Shown here: positions 19,489 through 29,190 of the stretch, piece by piece | Layout: each line of letters begins with the position of its first letter | Position numbering within the stretch: the first letter of the stretch is position 1 | Assembly: GCA_030447245.1 (NCBI GenBank) | Contig: JAUJPG010000033.1 | Coordinates: forward strand, 1-62,822 | Length of the DNA: 62,822 nucleotides | Direction of reading: 5' to 3' | From: Chloroflexota bacterium | Lineage (GTDB): Bacteria > Chloroflexota > UBA6077 > JACCZL01 | Translations under genes and position numbers: made by a program | Notes under the pieces: model-generated | What the model was told of the DNA's origin: nothing | What the model saw: the letters and a program-made list of their open reading frames with translations, nothing else | Databases searched by the model: none

Positions 19489-20429
19489 GTACCGGGCTAC
19501 GAAGTCCTTCCCACGGCGGAGCCCCCGCCGCGGTGTCCGCGCAGTCGCCAGCAGCGGCAGCCTTGCCAGCGTCGTCAGCGCGGTCCGAGCGCGGGCGGCG
19601 GCAACAACTCCGGCTGGTGTTGAGCGCCATCCCACTCGGATTGTTCATCCTCTTCGCCGCGGTTGGGCCGCTCCTGATGCCCTATGATCCGGTCACGGTG
19701 CGAACCGGCGAGCGCCTCAAGCCCCCCGGCGAGCAGACCCGGGACGGCGCGCGGGCCTGGCTGGGCACGGACCAGGTAGGTCGAGACCTCCTGGCGCAGG
19801 TGCTCCAGGGGGCCAGGATCTCGCTGCTGGTGGGCATCAGCACCGTCGCCATCGCGGGGCTGCTGGGCATCGCGGCGGGCATCATCGCCGGCTACTATGG
19901 TGGCCTACTCGACGGTTTTCTGATGCGGCTGGCCGACGTCCAACTCGGATTCCCTTCGATCCTGCTGGCGATCCTGATCGCCGCGGTCCTGGGGCCGAGC
20001 GTAACGAATGTCATCATCACGCTATCGCTGACGCGCTGGGTGACCTATGCGCGCGTGGCACGCGCCTCGACGCTGGTCGCCAAGGAACGTGATTTCGTGA
20101 CCGCCGCGCGCGCACTCGGCGCCCGCGACGGCCGCCTCCTGGGCCGTCACATCCTGCCGTCGATCATCGCGCCATGGGCAGTGATCGCGACCGTCGAGGT
20201 TGGCCTGGTCATCATCGCCGAGGCATCCCTCAGCTTCCTTGGACTGGGAACTCCGCCGGACCAGCCCTCCTGGGGGTTGATCGTCGCGAACGGCCGCGCC
20301 TACCTGAACACCGCGTGGTGGATCTCGACGATGCCGGGGCTGGCGCTGAGCCTGGTGGTCATTAGCGTCGGCATCTTCGGCGACCGGCTCCGGGACTACC
20401 TGGACCCTCGGTTCGCGGGAACCGTCTGA
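19485..20429 (+). CDS. ABC transporter permease (DppC/OppC-like)
   Basis: 'LGTDQVGRD', 'GARISL', 'EASLSFLGLG', 'WG', 'DYLDPR'; ATGA overlap with previous gene. Confidence 0.92.
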   Translation: MSTGLRSPSHGGAPAAVSAQSPAAAALPASSARSERGRRQQLRLVLSAIPLGLFILFAAVGPLLMPYDPVTVRTGERLKPPGEQTRDGARAWLGTDQVGRDLLAQVLQGARISLLVGISTVAIAGLLGIAAGIIAGYYGGLLDGFLMRLADVQLGFPSILLAILIAAVLGPSVTNVIITLSLTRWVTYARVARASTLVAKERDFVTAARALGARDGRLLGRHILPSIIAPWAVIATVEVGLVIIAEASLSFLGLGTPPDQPSWGLIVANGRAYLNTAWWISTMPGLALSLVVISVGIFGDRLRDYLDPRFAGTV

Positions 20430-20524
20430 TCGGCGGTCTGGACCCAGTTCGGCTGTGCAGACTCTTGCGCAGCATCCGTTCTGCCCAGCTCAGGCGGAGG
20501 CGCACCACGCAGCCAGGCGTCCCG

Positions 20525-20971
20525 TCACGCTGTGGGTCCGGCCGAAACTGGCATGACGTGGAGCATGAGGTAAATGATCCATCCGGTGGCGACGACGTAC
20601 AGCCACATCGGCAAGGTGATGACAGCAATCTGGCGGTGGCGCTGGAACTGGCCCCGCAGCGCCCGCCGCAGGGTCACCAGCGCGAAGGGACCGACGACCA
20701 CCGCGAGGATCGTGTGGGAGATCAGAATGGCCAGGTAGAGGGTTCGGACCCAGCCCTCGCCGGCAAAGAACTTCGTCTCAAACAGAAGCGCCCGCGTGAC
20801 GTACACCACCAGGAACAGTGCCGCGAAGATCGTGGCGACCAGCATGCAGGTGCGGTGTGGGACGACTTGCTTTCGGCGTATGAAGTAGTAGCCCAGGAGC
20901 AGGAACAGCCCGCTGATAACGATCAGCGACGTGTTCGCCAGGGGAATCCATGGCTCGATCCAGGCCTTCAT
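20525..20971 (-). CDS. DUF420 (YozB/CtaM-like) membrane protein
   Basis: Four TM helices; 'HRTCM', 'FLVVY', 'SHTILA', 'HRQIA..T.PMWLYV..TG..IY.ML'. Confidence 0.85.
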   Translation of the reverse strand: MKAWIEPWIPLANTSLIVISGLFLLLGYYFIRRKQVVPHRTCMLVATIFAALFLVVYVTRALLFETKFFAGEGWVRTLYLAILISHTILAVVVGPFALVTLRRALRGQFQRHRQIAVITLPMWLYVVATGWIIYLMLHVMPVSAGPTA

Positions 20972-21089
20972 CGGCAGGCGCCACCTTTCGCGGCGGGGCA
21001 GGTGCTTCGGGTTGGTCGGACGCGGGGACGAAGACAGCGGAGGTCGGACGTGGGCGCGCGAGCCGCGCACCGACGATGATTGTAACGGC

Positions 21090-22046
21090 ATGGATGCGAG
21101 CGACCGCGCAATAGTTGTCCGCGGGCTGACCAAGCGGTACGCCGGGCGGACCGTCCTGGACGGACTGAGCTTCGAGGTCGCCCCCGGCGAGATCTTCGCA
21201 GTGGTCGGACCTAACGGCGCCGGCAAGACCACGACCGTCGAGATCCTCGAAGGCTACCGAGCGCCCGACGACGGCGCTGTGCGAGTGCTCGGGCTGGACC
21301 CGGTACGCGATGGCCCGGCCCTCAAGCCGCGCATCGGGCTGATGCTGCAAGACGGCGGCATCTACCCGTCCATGCGTCCGCCGGAGGCATTGCGGCTCTT
21401 CGCCGCCTTCTATCCAAGTCCAGCCGACCCCGACGAGCTTCTGCGCCGCGTGGGGCTCCAGGATGCCGCGCGCACCCGCTACCGACAGCTTTCCGGTGGC
21501 GAGAAACAGCGCCTTTCGCTCGCGCTCGCGCTGATCGGCAATCCGGAGCTGGCCTTCCTCGACGAACCGACGGCGCAGATGGACGTCCGCGCGCGCCGTG
21601 CAACCTGGAAGGTCATCCGTGGCCTCAGGGCGGCCGGCGCGACGGTGCTGCTGACAACGCACGACCTGGAAGAAGCCGAGCGGCTGGCCGATCGCGTGGC
21701 GATCGTCGACGGCGGCCGCCTGCGAGCGCTTGGCACTCCGGCCCTGCTTGGACACCCAACCGGGCCGGCCGGTCTCTGCTTCCGCGCGCTGCCTGGCGTG
21801 CCACTCGACGGGCTGGCCACCGCCGTCGGAGGCGGCCGTGCCGCCGAGTCGCTGCCCGGGGAGTACGTCCTGGACCTGGACACCGCCCCCACGCCGCGCC
21901 ACGTCGCGGCGCTGGCAAGCTGGCTGGCCGAGCGCGACGTGCTGGTCTCCGACCTTCACGTCGGGCCTGCCCGGGTGACGCTGGAGGATGTATTCCTCCG
22001 CCTCACCAGTCGGAATGAGGCACAAGGCATGGTCGATGACGAGTAA
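21090..22046 (+). CDS. ABC-2 type exporter ATP-binding protein
   Basis: Walker A 'GPNGAGKTT', 'LSGGEKQR', 'LDEPT', 'TTH'. Confidence 0.9.
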   Translation: MDASDRAIVVRGLTKRYAGRTVLDGLSFEVAPGEIFAVVGPNGAGKTTTVEILEGYRAPDDGAVRVLGLDPVRDGPALKPRIGLMLQDGGIYPSMRPPEALRLFAAFYPSPADPDELLRRVGLQDAARTRYRQLSGGEKQRLSLALALIGNPELAFLDEPTAQMDVRARRATWKVIRGLRAAGATVLLTTHDLEEAERLADRVAIVDGGRLRALGTPALLGHPTGPAGLCFRALPGVPLDGLATAVGGGRAAESLPGEYVLDLDTAPTPRHVAALASWLAERDVLVSDLHVGPARVTLEDVFLRLTSRNEAQGMVDDE

Positions 22047-22812
22047 GGACGCCTCCTCGTCCTTCCGTACTCCTCGTCCCTCGTTCCTCAACATGGTTGC
22101 AGCGCAGACCCGCGCCGAGCTGCTGCTTGCCCTTCGGCGGGGCGAGAGCGTGCTCATCACGATGATCGTCCCGAGTGCGCTGCTCCTGTTCTTCGGGTCG
22201 GTCGCCGTCCTGCCGCTTGGCCCGGGCCGGACGGTCGACTTCCTACTGCCAGGCATCCTGGCCCTGGCAGTCATGTCGACGGCGATGGTCAGTCTCGGGA
22301 TCGCCACCGCCTTCGAGCGCCACTACCGCGTCCTCAAGCGACTCGGCGGCTCGCCGCTACCCCGGGAGGGGTTGCTGCTGGCCAAGATCACGACCGTCCT
22401 CCTCGTCGAGGCGGTCCAGGTGGTGCTTCTCCTTGGAATCGCGGCCACCGTGTTCGGCTGGCAGCCGGCCGGTAGCCCCGGCCTGGCGCTGGTTGCCCTG
22501 CTGCTCGGAACGGCCGCCTTCGGCGGAATCGGTCTGGCGATGGCAGGAGCGCTCCGTGCCGAAGCCACGCTCGCCGCCGCGAACGGCCTGTACCTGGCGT
22601 TCCTGCTGCTTGGCGGGATCATCCTGCCGCTGTCCGCGCTGCCGACGATCCTGGCAACACCGGCGAGCTTGCTGCCGGCTGCTGCGCTGGCCGACGTGCT
22701 ACGAGCGAGCCTGTCCCCGGCCGGCCCGGTTCCGCTCGGCAGCCTCGTGGTCCTGGCAGTCTGGGCAGGCGGGATGCCCCTGCTCGCGACGTGGTTATTC
22801 CGCTGGGAGTGA
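22036..22812 (+). CDS. ABC-2 type exporter permease
   Basis: 'RRGES', 'GIATAFER...LKRLG.SPL', six TM segments, C-terminal 'FRWE'. Confidence 0.88.
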   Translation: MTSKDASSSFRTPRPSFLNMVAAQTRAELLLALRRGESVLITMIVPSALLLFFGSVAVLPLGPGRTVDFLLPGILALAVMSTAMVSLGIATAFERHYRVLKRLGGSPLPREGLLLAKITTVLLVEAVQVVLLLGIAATVFGWQPAGSPGLALVALLLGTAAFGGIGLAMAGALRAEATLAAANGLYLAFLLLGGIILPLSALPTILATPASLLPAAALADVLRASLSPAGPVPLGSLVVLAVWAGGMPLLATWLFRWE

Positions 22813-22859
22813 GCGTCTTGGGACTCTGGTCCCCCGACTATCGACGTTACAATTCCGCG

Positions 22860-23909
22860 ATGTCCTCGCGCCGTGCGTATGTCGACCATTGCTCCGCTCA
22901 ACTCCCCGACCCAGGGCTGCCGCGCCAGGTGGCGCGTTTCGTGATCCTGCTACTGGCCGGGCTCTTCACGGGCTCCGGCTGTCAGAGCAGTCCACCCGAA
23001 CTGCCCCGGCCGGCCACCTCGCCCACGGAACTGCCTGCGCCAGCGCCACTCGCCGCGCCGCCCCCGCCACCGTCGCCGAGCGCCGCGATATCGGCCGACG
23101 TACTTCCCTCTCCGATCCGACCGGTCGCCCCGGAGTCACCGACCCTCGTCGCCGCGGGGCCGGCAGCATCCAACGAAGCGGGTCGCGCTCGCGTCGCGAA
23201 CAGCGAGGGGCAGGGAGCGAACCTGCGCGCCGAGCCGAGCGCCAACGCGGCCCGGGTGAAGACAGTCCCGGAGGGGTCCGAGCTGGAGGTCACTGGTCCG
23301 GACCGCGACGTGGACGGCCGCACCTGGCGCCAGGTCCGTGATCCGAGTGATGGGGCAGTCGGCTGGATTGTCGGCGAGCTCCTGGCATCCGCGCCGGCGA
23401 GTGTCGGGCTCGCCCCACGTTCGACGCCAACGCGGTCCAGCTCGGCCCCCGCCGCGGTCACGGCCAGCCCTTCGACGGCGCCAACCCCTGCGATCAGTTC
23501 AGGGCAGGCGCGCCAGATCGGCGACGTCGACCGAGCCTATCTGGCGCAGATTCAGCCACACATCGATGCGATCGGCACCGCGATCGGCACGGTCAACCAG
23601 CAGCTCGAGGTCGCCACGAGCCGACCCGCTGCCCTGGAAGATGCCTTCTGGAGGACGGCAACCGACGCAGCCGGCGCCTCGCTGACTGAGGCGGCGCGCC
23701 GGATCCGCGCCGCCAGGCCGGGCCCTGACACTGGCGAAGTCCACGAGCGCGCGCTGCGGGCAGTCGACCGTGCCGAGGACGCGACGCGGCTGCTGGACGA
23801 GGTGGTTAAGGCCCGCGACCCGCGCCGATATGGCGCCGTCCGTACTGCCCTGCTGCGCGTCTTCGCCGAGATCAATGCGATGAACGCGGCCCTCCTCCAG
23901 CTGCAGTAG
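22860..23909 (+). CDS. SH3b-domain lipoprotein with helical C-terminal domain
   Basis: Lipobox-like 'LFTGSGC'; 'GANLRAEPS...DGRTWRQVRD...GWIVGELL'; Pro-rich linkers. Start uncertain (GTG 22929/22941 possible). Confidence 0.7.
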   Translation: MSSRRAYVDHCSAQLPDPGLPRQVARFVILLLAGLFTGSGCQSSPPELPRPATSPTELPAPAPLAAPPPPPSPSAAISADVLPSPIRPVAPESPTLVAAGPAASNEAGRARVANSEGQGANLRAEPSANAARVKTVPEGSELEVTGPDRDVDGRTWRQVRDPSDGAVGWIVGELLASAPASVGLAPRSTPTRSSSAPAAVTASPSTAPTPAISSGQARQIGDVDRAYLAQIQPHIDAIGTAIGTVNQQLEVATSRPAALEDAFWRTATDAAGASLTEAARRIRAARPGPDTGEVHERALRAVDRAEDATRLLDEVVKARDPRRYGAVRTALLRVFAEINAMNAALLQLQ

Positions 23910-24272
23910 CCCCCGGCCCCGTGATGCTGCCAGAGGGGGCTTGCAGCTCCCTCTCTTCGAGCAAGAGCACCGCCAACCGCTGGCAATGAGCCCATGCGCG
24001 TGACCCAATTGAGACGCGTGACCAGGTGGTCGTGACGCCGCTGTGATGCGTGCGGCCGTAGCATGACCTGGCTGTCATCGCGACGGCGCGGATGTCGCGC
24101 GGGAGAGTTGAATGGTCGAACTCGGCTTCGTGATGCTGGCGCTCGGGTATTCAGCCGCTGTCGCACAGGTGTTCTTCTCGTCGCGCTACTGTGACAGCTC
24201 TGTGATCCATGTGGTGACGGACTTGCCCTGTCTGCGGGGCACAATGCGGAAGGTTTCACCTGGAGGTGGGCG

Positions 24273-24353
24273 GTGCTCGATCTCGCGGTAATCGTCCTCG
24301 GGCTCGCGTGCGGGATCGCCCTGCTCCAGGGCCTCGTCGGAGGTGAGGCGTAG
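24273..24353 (+). CDS. Putative 26-aa hydrophobic micropeptide MLDLAVIVLGLACGIALLQGLVGGEA
   Basis: GGAGGT RBS 5 nt before GTG 24273; single TM-like stretch; TAG stop directly abuts ATG 24354. Confidence 0.5.
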   Translation: MLDLAVIVLGLACGIALLQGLVGGEA

Positions 24354-24578
24354 ATGGCGGAACGCTTGATTCGAAACCACCCGCAGATGGTCAGCCAGTT
24401 CCAGGCCACCATCAAGTGCCGCGAGTGCGAGATTTTCATCGGCGCCGGTCACGAAGACAGTGTGCCGTTACCCGCTCCGGACGGCCTCGGCTACCTGTGT
24501 CGGCCGTGCTGGCAGTCGCTACGCCGACAAACTCGTGCCTCGGCGTACGTGCCGACCCATTGGTCGGCGTCGGTCTAA
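24354..24578 (+). CDS. Small CxxC...CxxC zinc-finger protein
   Basis: 'CRECE' ... 'LCRPCW'; GGAGGT RBS upstream. Confidence 0.65.
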   Translation: MAERLIRNHPQMVSQFQATIKCRECEIFIGAGHEDSVPLPAPDGLGYLCRPCWQSLRRQTRASAYVPTHWSASV

Positions 24579-24667
24579 CCGCGGTCCTGACTCGGTCCAC
24601 CCGCCCGTCCGGTCCTGGGTTGAGGCGTTGAGCTGGTGAAGTTGTTTCCGAGGGTCTGCGCGGATCT

Positions 24668-26149
24668 CTAGCGCGCCTCGCTAACCTGATCCAGGTCGGC
24701 CAATTGGCAGTCGAGCCACCACTGGATGTCTCGGGTGCGGATCGCGTCTCGCAACAGCGCGGCGCGCTGTGCGCGCTCGGCGGGGTCCATCTCCAGGGCC
24801 TGCTCCAGCGCGCGGACGGTTCCCTCGATATCCGGCGCGGCGACCGAAATCGCCCCCTCGCCAAGCTGCTCGTGGGCGCCGGCCCCTTCGGACAGGACCA
24901 GCACGCCATCCCGCTCGTTGACGATCGGGCCTTCCTTCGCGACGAGGTTCATCCCGTCAATCAGCGGATTGACCAGCAGCACGTCATAGGCGGTCATCGC
25001 GCCGATAGCCTGGGGATAATTGTTCTCGTAGTAGACGCGGATTGGATCGCCAAAACGGCGATTGATGCTCGTGATCCGCTCGAATACCAAGTCGCGGTAG
25101 CGACGATACTCCGGGACCGACTCCCGCGATGGCACCAGGAACGCCAAAAAGCGGACGCGACGCTGCAAATCCGGCCGCCGCTCCAGTAGCACCTCGAACG
25201 CCTGGAACCCACGCAGGATGTTCTTGCTTGGCTCCATCCGATCGACGCGGACGATGGTCCGAACGCCAGGCTCGGCGGCCAGGCGCGCGGTGTGGCGCCG
25301 AGCCTCCGGCGAGGCTGCCAGGCGCGTCAGGCGCTCCGGGGACACTGAGATCGGGTACGCCCGCACCTTCACGATGTGGTCGCCGCAATGGAGCTCCCCG
25401 CGCGCGTAGTCGGCTACGACGCCTGGCAGCGATTCCTGGCAGGTCCCGAGGAAGTTGGTCACGTCCCAGACGCTCTGGAACCCGACGACATCGCAAGCCA
25501 CGAGCCCCGCGCAGATCTCCCTGCGCCAGGCCGGCGGCAGCAGCCGCCAGTACCGTGGCGCTGGCCAGGGGATGTGGGTAAAGTGCTGGATGGTGCAGCT
25601 TGGCGCCAGCTTCCGCACCATGGCCGGCACCAGGTACAGGTGGTAGTCCTGGATCATCACCGTCGGACACTCACCTTCACGGATGCTCGACGCGACCGCA
25701 CGGGCCAGCGCCGCGTTGGCCGGTACGTAGCCCATCTCCCATGCTTCGTAGCTGCGTAAGTCCAGGCTCGGGCCATCGACGATGTCCCACATGTAGTGCT
25801 GAAGGAACCAGAGAACGCGGTTGCTGATCGTTTCGTAGTACTTCCGGTACACCTGACGGTCGACGCTCACCAGGCGGGCCTGAATGCCGGGTGAGCGCGT
25901 GTCCAGCGCCTGGCCTTGCTCGGCCGCCCGCCGATCTCCCTCCGTCATCGCGCAAGCGATCCAGGTGACCGGGCGAGTGCCGCCGATCGAGACCAGTGCG
26001 GTCACCACGCCGCCACTACCGCGGTTGGCGCGCAGCGTGCCGTCGGCGCGCGCCTCGAACGCGACCGGCCCGCGATTGCTTGCCAACACGATTCGCTCGC
26101 TCCGGCCTCGAAGCGCAGGTCCGTTCTGTTCGGCCACCTCGGCGGTCAT
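24668..26149 (-). CDS. otsA: Trehalose-6-phosphate synthase (GT20, OtsA family)
   Basis: 'SNRGP', 'GSGGV', 'QDYHL', 'HIPWP', 'RVDRMEPSKN', 'DGMNLVAKE', 'LVLSE.AGA'. Confidence 0.85.
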   Translation of the reverse strand: MTAEVAEQNGPALRGRSERIVLASNRGPVAFEARADGTLRANRGSGGVVTALVSIGGTRPVTWIACAMTEGDRRAAEQGQALDTRSPGIQARLVSVDRQVYRKYYETISNRVLWFLQHYMWDIVDGPSLDLRSYEAWEMGYVPANAALARAVASSIREGECPTVMIQDYHLYLVPAMVRKLAPSCTIQHFTHIPWPAPRYWRLLPPAWRREICAGLVACDVVGFQSVWDVTNFLGTCQESLPGVVADYARGELHCGDHIVKVRAYPISVSPERLTRLAASPEARRHTARLAAEPGVRTIVRVDRMEPSKNILRGFQAFEVLLERRPDLQRRVRFLAFLVPSRESVPEYRRYRDLVFERITSINRRFGDPIRVYYENNYPQAIGAMTAYDVLLVNPLIDGMNLVAKEGPIVNERDGVLVLSEGAGAHEQLGEGAISVAAPDIEGTVRALEQALEMDPAERAQRAALLRDAIRTRDIQWWLDCQLADLDQVSEAR

Positions 26150-26272
26150 CGCGTCCTTTCGTCCCCGCTCTGCCGCGGCGCTCGGGCGGTCACTCTAGCA
26201 CGCCCTTCCTCCTCGGCTGGGCAAGCCACATGCCAAACCTCGCCACTGGCGTGGGGCCGCGGGTCCACCGGC

Positions 26273-27016
26273 CTACAGCCCGAGCTCAGCGACGACGCGA
26301 TCCGGGTGGTTGCTGGCGATCGAGTCAACGCCCATCAGAAGCAGCGAGCGGATCTCCGCCGGGTCGGACGTCGCCCAGGGGTGGACGGACAGCCCGGCTT
26401 TGTGCGCCAGAGCGACGTCCTCGGCGTTACAGTACGACCAGTGCGGCAGGAGGGCATCCGCCCCGGCCACGACGGCGAGGCCGACGGCATCAATCGGGCG
26501 GCAGGAGTAGAGTACGCCGGTAGCAAGTCCGGGCGCGAGCGCCTTGACCTCGCGGACGGTCGGGTGGTCGAACGAGATCACGATCGACCGATCGAGCATT
26601 CCGTGGGCGGTGAGCAGCTCGACGACTCGCGTGGCGATGCCAGGATACGGGGCTGGGTTACCCTTGATCTCGACGTCGACCACACAGCGGCCGCGCGCCC
26701 AGGCCAGTACCTCGCCGAGCGTCGGTACCCCCGCCTCGTCACACCCGGATGCCACATGGCCGCCCACGTCCAGCGCGCGGATTTCGGCCAGCGAGTGCGC
26801 CCGCACGGGCCCCCGTCCATTCGTCGTCCGGTCCAAAAACGGGTCGTGGATGACGACGACCTCGTCGTCCGCGGTCAGGTGGACGTCCAGCTCGATTCCA
26901 TCAGCGCCCAGCTCGACCGCCTTCCGGAAGGAGGCCATCGTATTCTCGGGCGCATGGCCCATCGCTCCGCGGTGCCCAAACACCCGTGCCCGTCCGTCCG
27001 CCCGATGCTGCCACAT
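26273..27016 (-). CDS. Glycerophosphodiester phosphodiesterase
   Basis: 'GHRGA...APENT', 'IELDVH', 'VVIHD', 'EIK', 'ISFD'. Confidence 0.92.
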   Translation of the reverse strand: MWQHRADGRARVFGHRGAMGHAPENTMASFRKAVELGADGIELDVHLTADDEVVVIHDPFLDRTTNGRGPVRAHSLAEIRALDVGGHVASGCDEAGVPTLGEVLAWARGRCVVDVEIKGNPAPYPGIATRVVELLTAHGMLDRSIVISFDHPTVREVKALAPGLATGVLYSCRPIDAVGLAVVAGADALLPHWSYCNAEDVALAHKAGLSVHPWATSDPAEIRSLLLMGVDSIASNHPDRVVAELGL

Positions 27017-27185
27017 AGCTTGCTCGGTACACGGTAGTCGACCGACGACAGTTGGCGGAAGGGTGCTTTCAGCACCTGGTGGGTACCGGGCATGCCGCGT
27101 TCGAACGCGGTATCCTTCGCCTACGCGCGCCTGGCCACGTCGTCCAAACAGCCACAGCGCAGCAACCGTCAGGGATTGATTCGTC

Positions 27186-28184
27186 ATGGCAGAGTTGAAG
27201 CTCGCGGTCTGGGTCCCGTCGTTTACATTCCCGAACCTGACCTATGAGCGGGCCATCCACTCCGTCAAAGCGTTCGGGCGGCGAGCCGAGGCGCTCGGGC
27301 TGGACTTGTGGGTGATCGACCACTTGCTGACCGCGCCGGGGCTGTACGGGATGTCCTGGCTGGAGCCGATGACGGTCATGTCCGTCCTGGCCGGCTGCAC
27401 CGAACGGGTCACGCTCGGGACCGGCGTGCTGGTTCTGCCACTCCGCCATCCGGTCCTGCTGGCCAAAGAAGTGGCCAGCTTGCAGTTTCTGTCCGGCGGC
27501 CGCTTTGCCTTCGGTGTCGGCCCCGGCTGGTACCCACCGGAGTACGTCGCGGTCGGCAATCGTATCGAGGAACGTGGCGGCCGGACCGACGAAATCCTGG
27601 AGGCCATCAGACGCCTGCTGACCGAACCGAGCGTGACGTTCCAGGGCAGATATTACCAGTTCCAGGACGTCACGATCGACCCGCGCCCGCCAACGCTGCC
27701 CGAAGTCTGGGTCGCCGGAGGGTCGCGGATCCCGGACCCGGAGTATTACGACAAGCCGGACATCGCCCAGTCGGTCCTCAGGCGCATCCTGGGTGCAGAC
27801 GGCTGGCTGTCGCGGTGCTCTGGCAAGCAGGAGTGGGTCAAGCGGGACTGGGAGGTCATCCGCGAGTTCGTCGAGGCCCACGGGCGAGACCCGCGGACCC
27901 TCCGCTTCGGCCACACCAACTTCATTCACCTGGTTGACACAACCGACCGCGAGGCCGCCCTGCGCGCCCAGCGCCCGGTCTTCGAGCAGGCGATGGGCAC
28001 CCATCGCTCCTGGGAGCACCTCCAGGAGTCGTACATGACCGGCACCATCGACGACGTCGTCGCCCGCATCGAGGACCTCCGTCAGGCCGGCCTTGAGTAC
28101 CTGGTCCTCGGCCCGGTCACCGACGACCTGGAGCAGTTGGACCTGCTGACCGAGAAGGTGCTACCGCGCTTCCGGTCGTGGTGA
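27186..28184 (+). CDS. LLM-class flavin-dependent oxidoreductase
   Basis: 'WVIDH', 'LGTGVLVLPLRHPVLLAK', 'LSGGRF..GVG.GW', 'WVAGG'. Confidence 0.88.
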   Translation: MAELKLAVWVPSFTFPNLTYERAIHSVKAFGRRAEALGLDLWVIDHLLTAPGLYGMSWLEPMTVMSVLAGCTERVTLGTGVLVLPLRHPVLLAKEVASLQFLSGGRFAFGVGPGWYPPEYVAVGNRIEERGGRTDEILEAIRRLLTEPSVTFQGRYYQFQDVTIDPRPPTLPEVWVAGGSRIPDPEYYDKPDIAQSVLRRILGADGWLSRCSGKQEWVKRDWEVIREFVEAHGRDPRTLRFGHTNFIHLVDTTDREAALRAQRPVFEQAMGTHRSWEHLQESYMTGTIDDVVARIEDLRQAGLEYLVLGPVTDDLEQLDLLTEKVLPRFRSW

Positions 28185-28486
28185 CCCGAGCGCGGGCGTC
28201 GTCGGCCCTAGATCGCTCAACCCCGAGGGCAGCGTGCAGCGCTCTGACCGCCGATTCCCACGCCGACCGTACTGCTGCTCGAGCAACTGAATCGGGCCCC
28301 GGCGTACAAGACCGAGCGAACGATAGACCTGCCATCCGGGCCGATCCCGGCCGACCGTGGTAGACAGTTGACGCGCGCACCGATCACACTGCTTGCCCGC
28401 CTCCCACCACCTTCATCGGGGCACTGCGTCGCCCTTCGCGGCACCGGCCAATCAAAGCCGCCACGCAGCGTAGAGAGGTCCTGGCG

Positions 28487-29134
28487 CTAGACGACGCCTT
28501 CGGTCAGCGGCAGGATCTCGACTCGAGCCGCCGCGACGTCGTACACGGCACAGGATGCCGGTCCCTTACCCGGGAACGGCAGACCAGCGGTCCCGACGTT
28601 GATCACGTGGCGGCAGTCTGGATCGTCCGCGACTATGTCCAGGACGCGCGACATTGGATCATTCGCCGCGTCGTACAGCAGCTCCGGGGCCGCGTCCGGG
28701 CCGGGCAAACGCCAGACGCGCGCTCGGTGCGAGTGGCCAAACATCCCGACGCGGACTCCAGCTTCCGCAAGGCGCCGGTACGACCGCGCCAGCCCGCGGC
28801 CGATGTCGTCAGTGCAGAGGTCTCGCTCGAGCCGCCGATCGCCGTGGGCTGCGAGAAAATCGGCCGTGCACACCACGGCAGGCAAGCCGAGCACGTAGGC
28901 CCGTGCGTCCGAGCCGACCCGGTCCCGCCAATCGAGGTCGCGGTTGCCGACCACGCAGACGTCCGCCAGAGAGCGCACCAGCGCGACGCAGCCGTCGGGG
29001 TCGCCTCGCCCGAGCAGGTCGCCGAGGAATGCGAATCGCTCGGCGCCCCGCGAGCGGCACCGATCGACCGCGCGCCTCAATGCCGGTACGTTCCCGTGGA
29101 CGTCGGAGATCAGTCCCCAGACGGCCATGCGCAC
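28487..29134 (-). CDS. Metallophosphoesterase (calcineurin-like, YfcE-type)
   Basis: 'SDVHGN', 'LGDL', 'GNRD', 'AHG', 'GHSH', 'INVGT'. Confidence 0.85.
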   Translation of the reverse strand: MRMAVWGLISDVHGNVPALRRAVDRCRSRGAERFAFLGDLLGRGDPDGCVALVRSLADVCVVGNRDLDWRDRVGSDARAYVLGLPAVVCTADFLAAHGDRRLERDLCTDDIGRGLARSYRRLAEAGVRVGMFGHSHRARVWRLPGPDAAPELLYDAANDPMSRVLDIVADDPDCRHVINVGTAGLPFPGKGPASCAVYDVAAARVEILPLTEGVV

Positions 29135-29190
29135 GCGCTCAGGTATGCGGCGCCGCCGGCGCGGACCTCAGCCCGGCGCGGAGCGGCGAA

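Noticed and set aside
24112-24291. 59-aa ORF MVELGFVMLALG...
   Set aside because: Weak RBS and codon bias, and it overlaps the better-supported micropeptide start.
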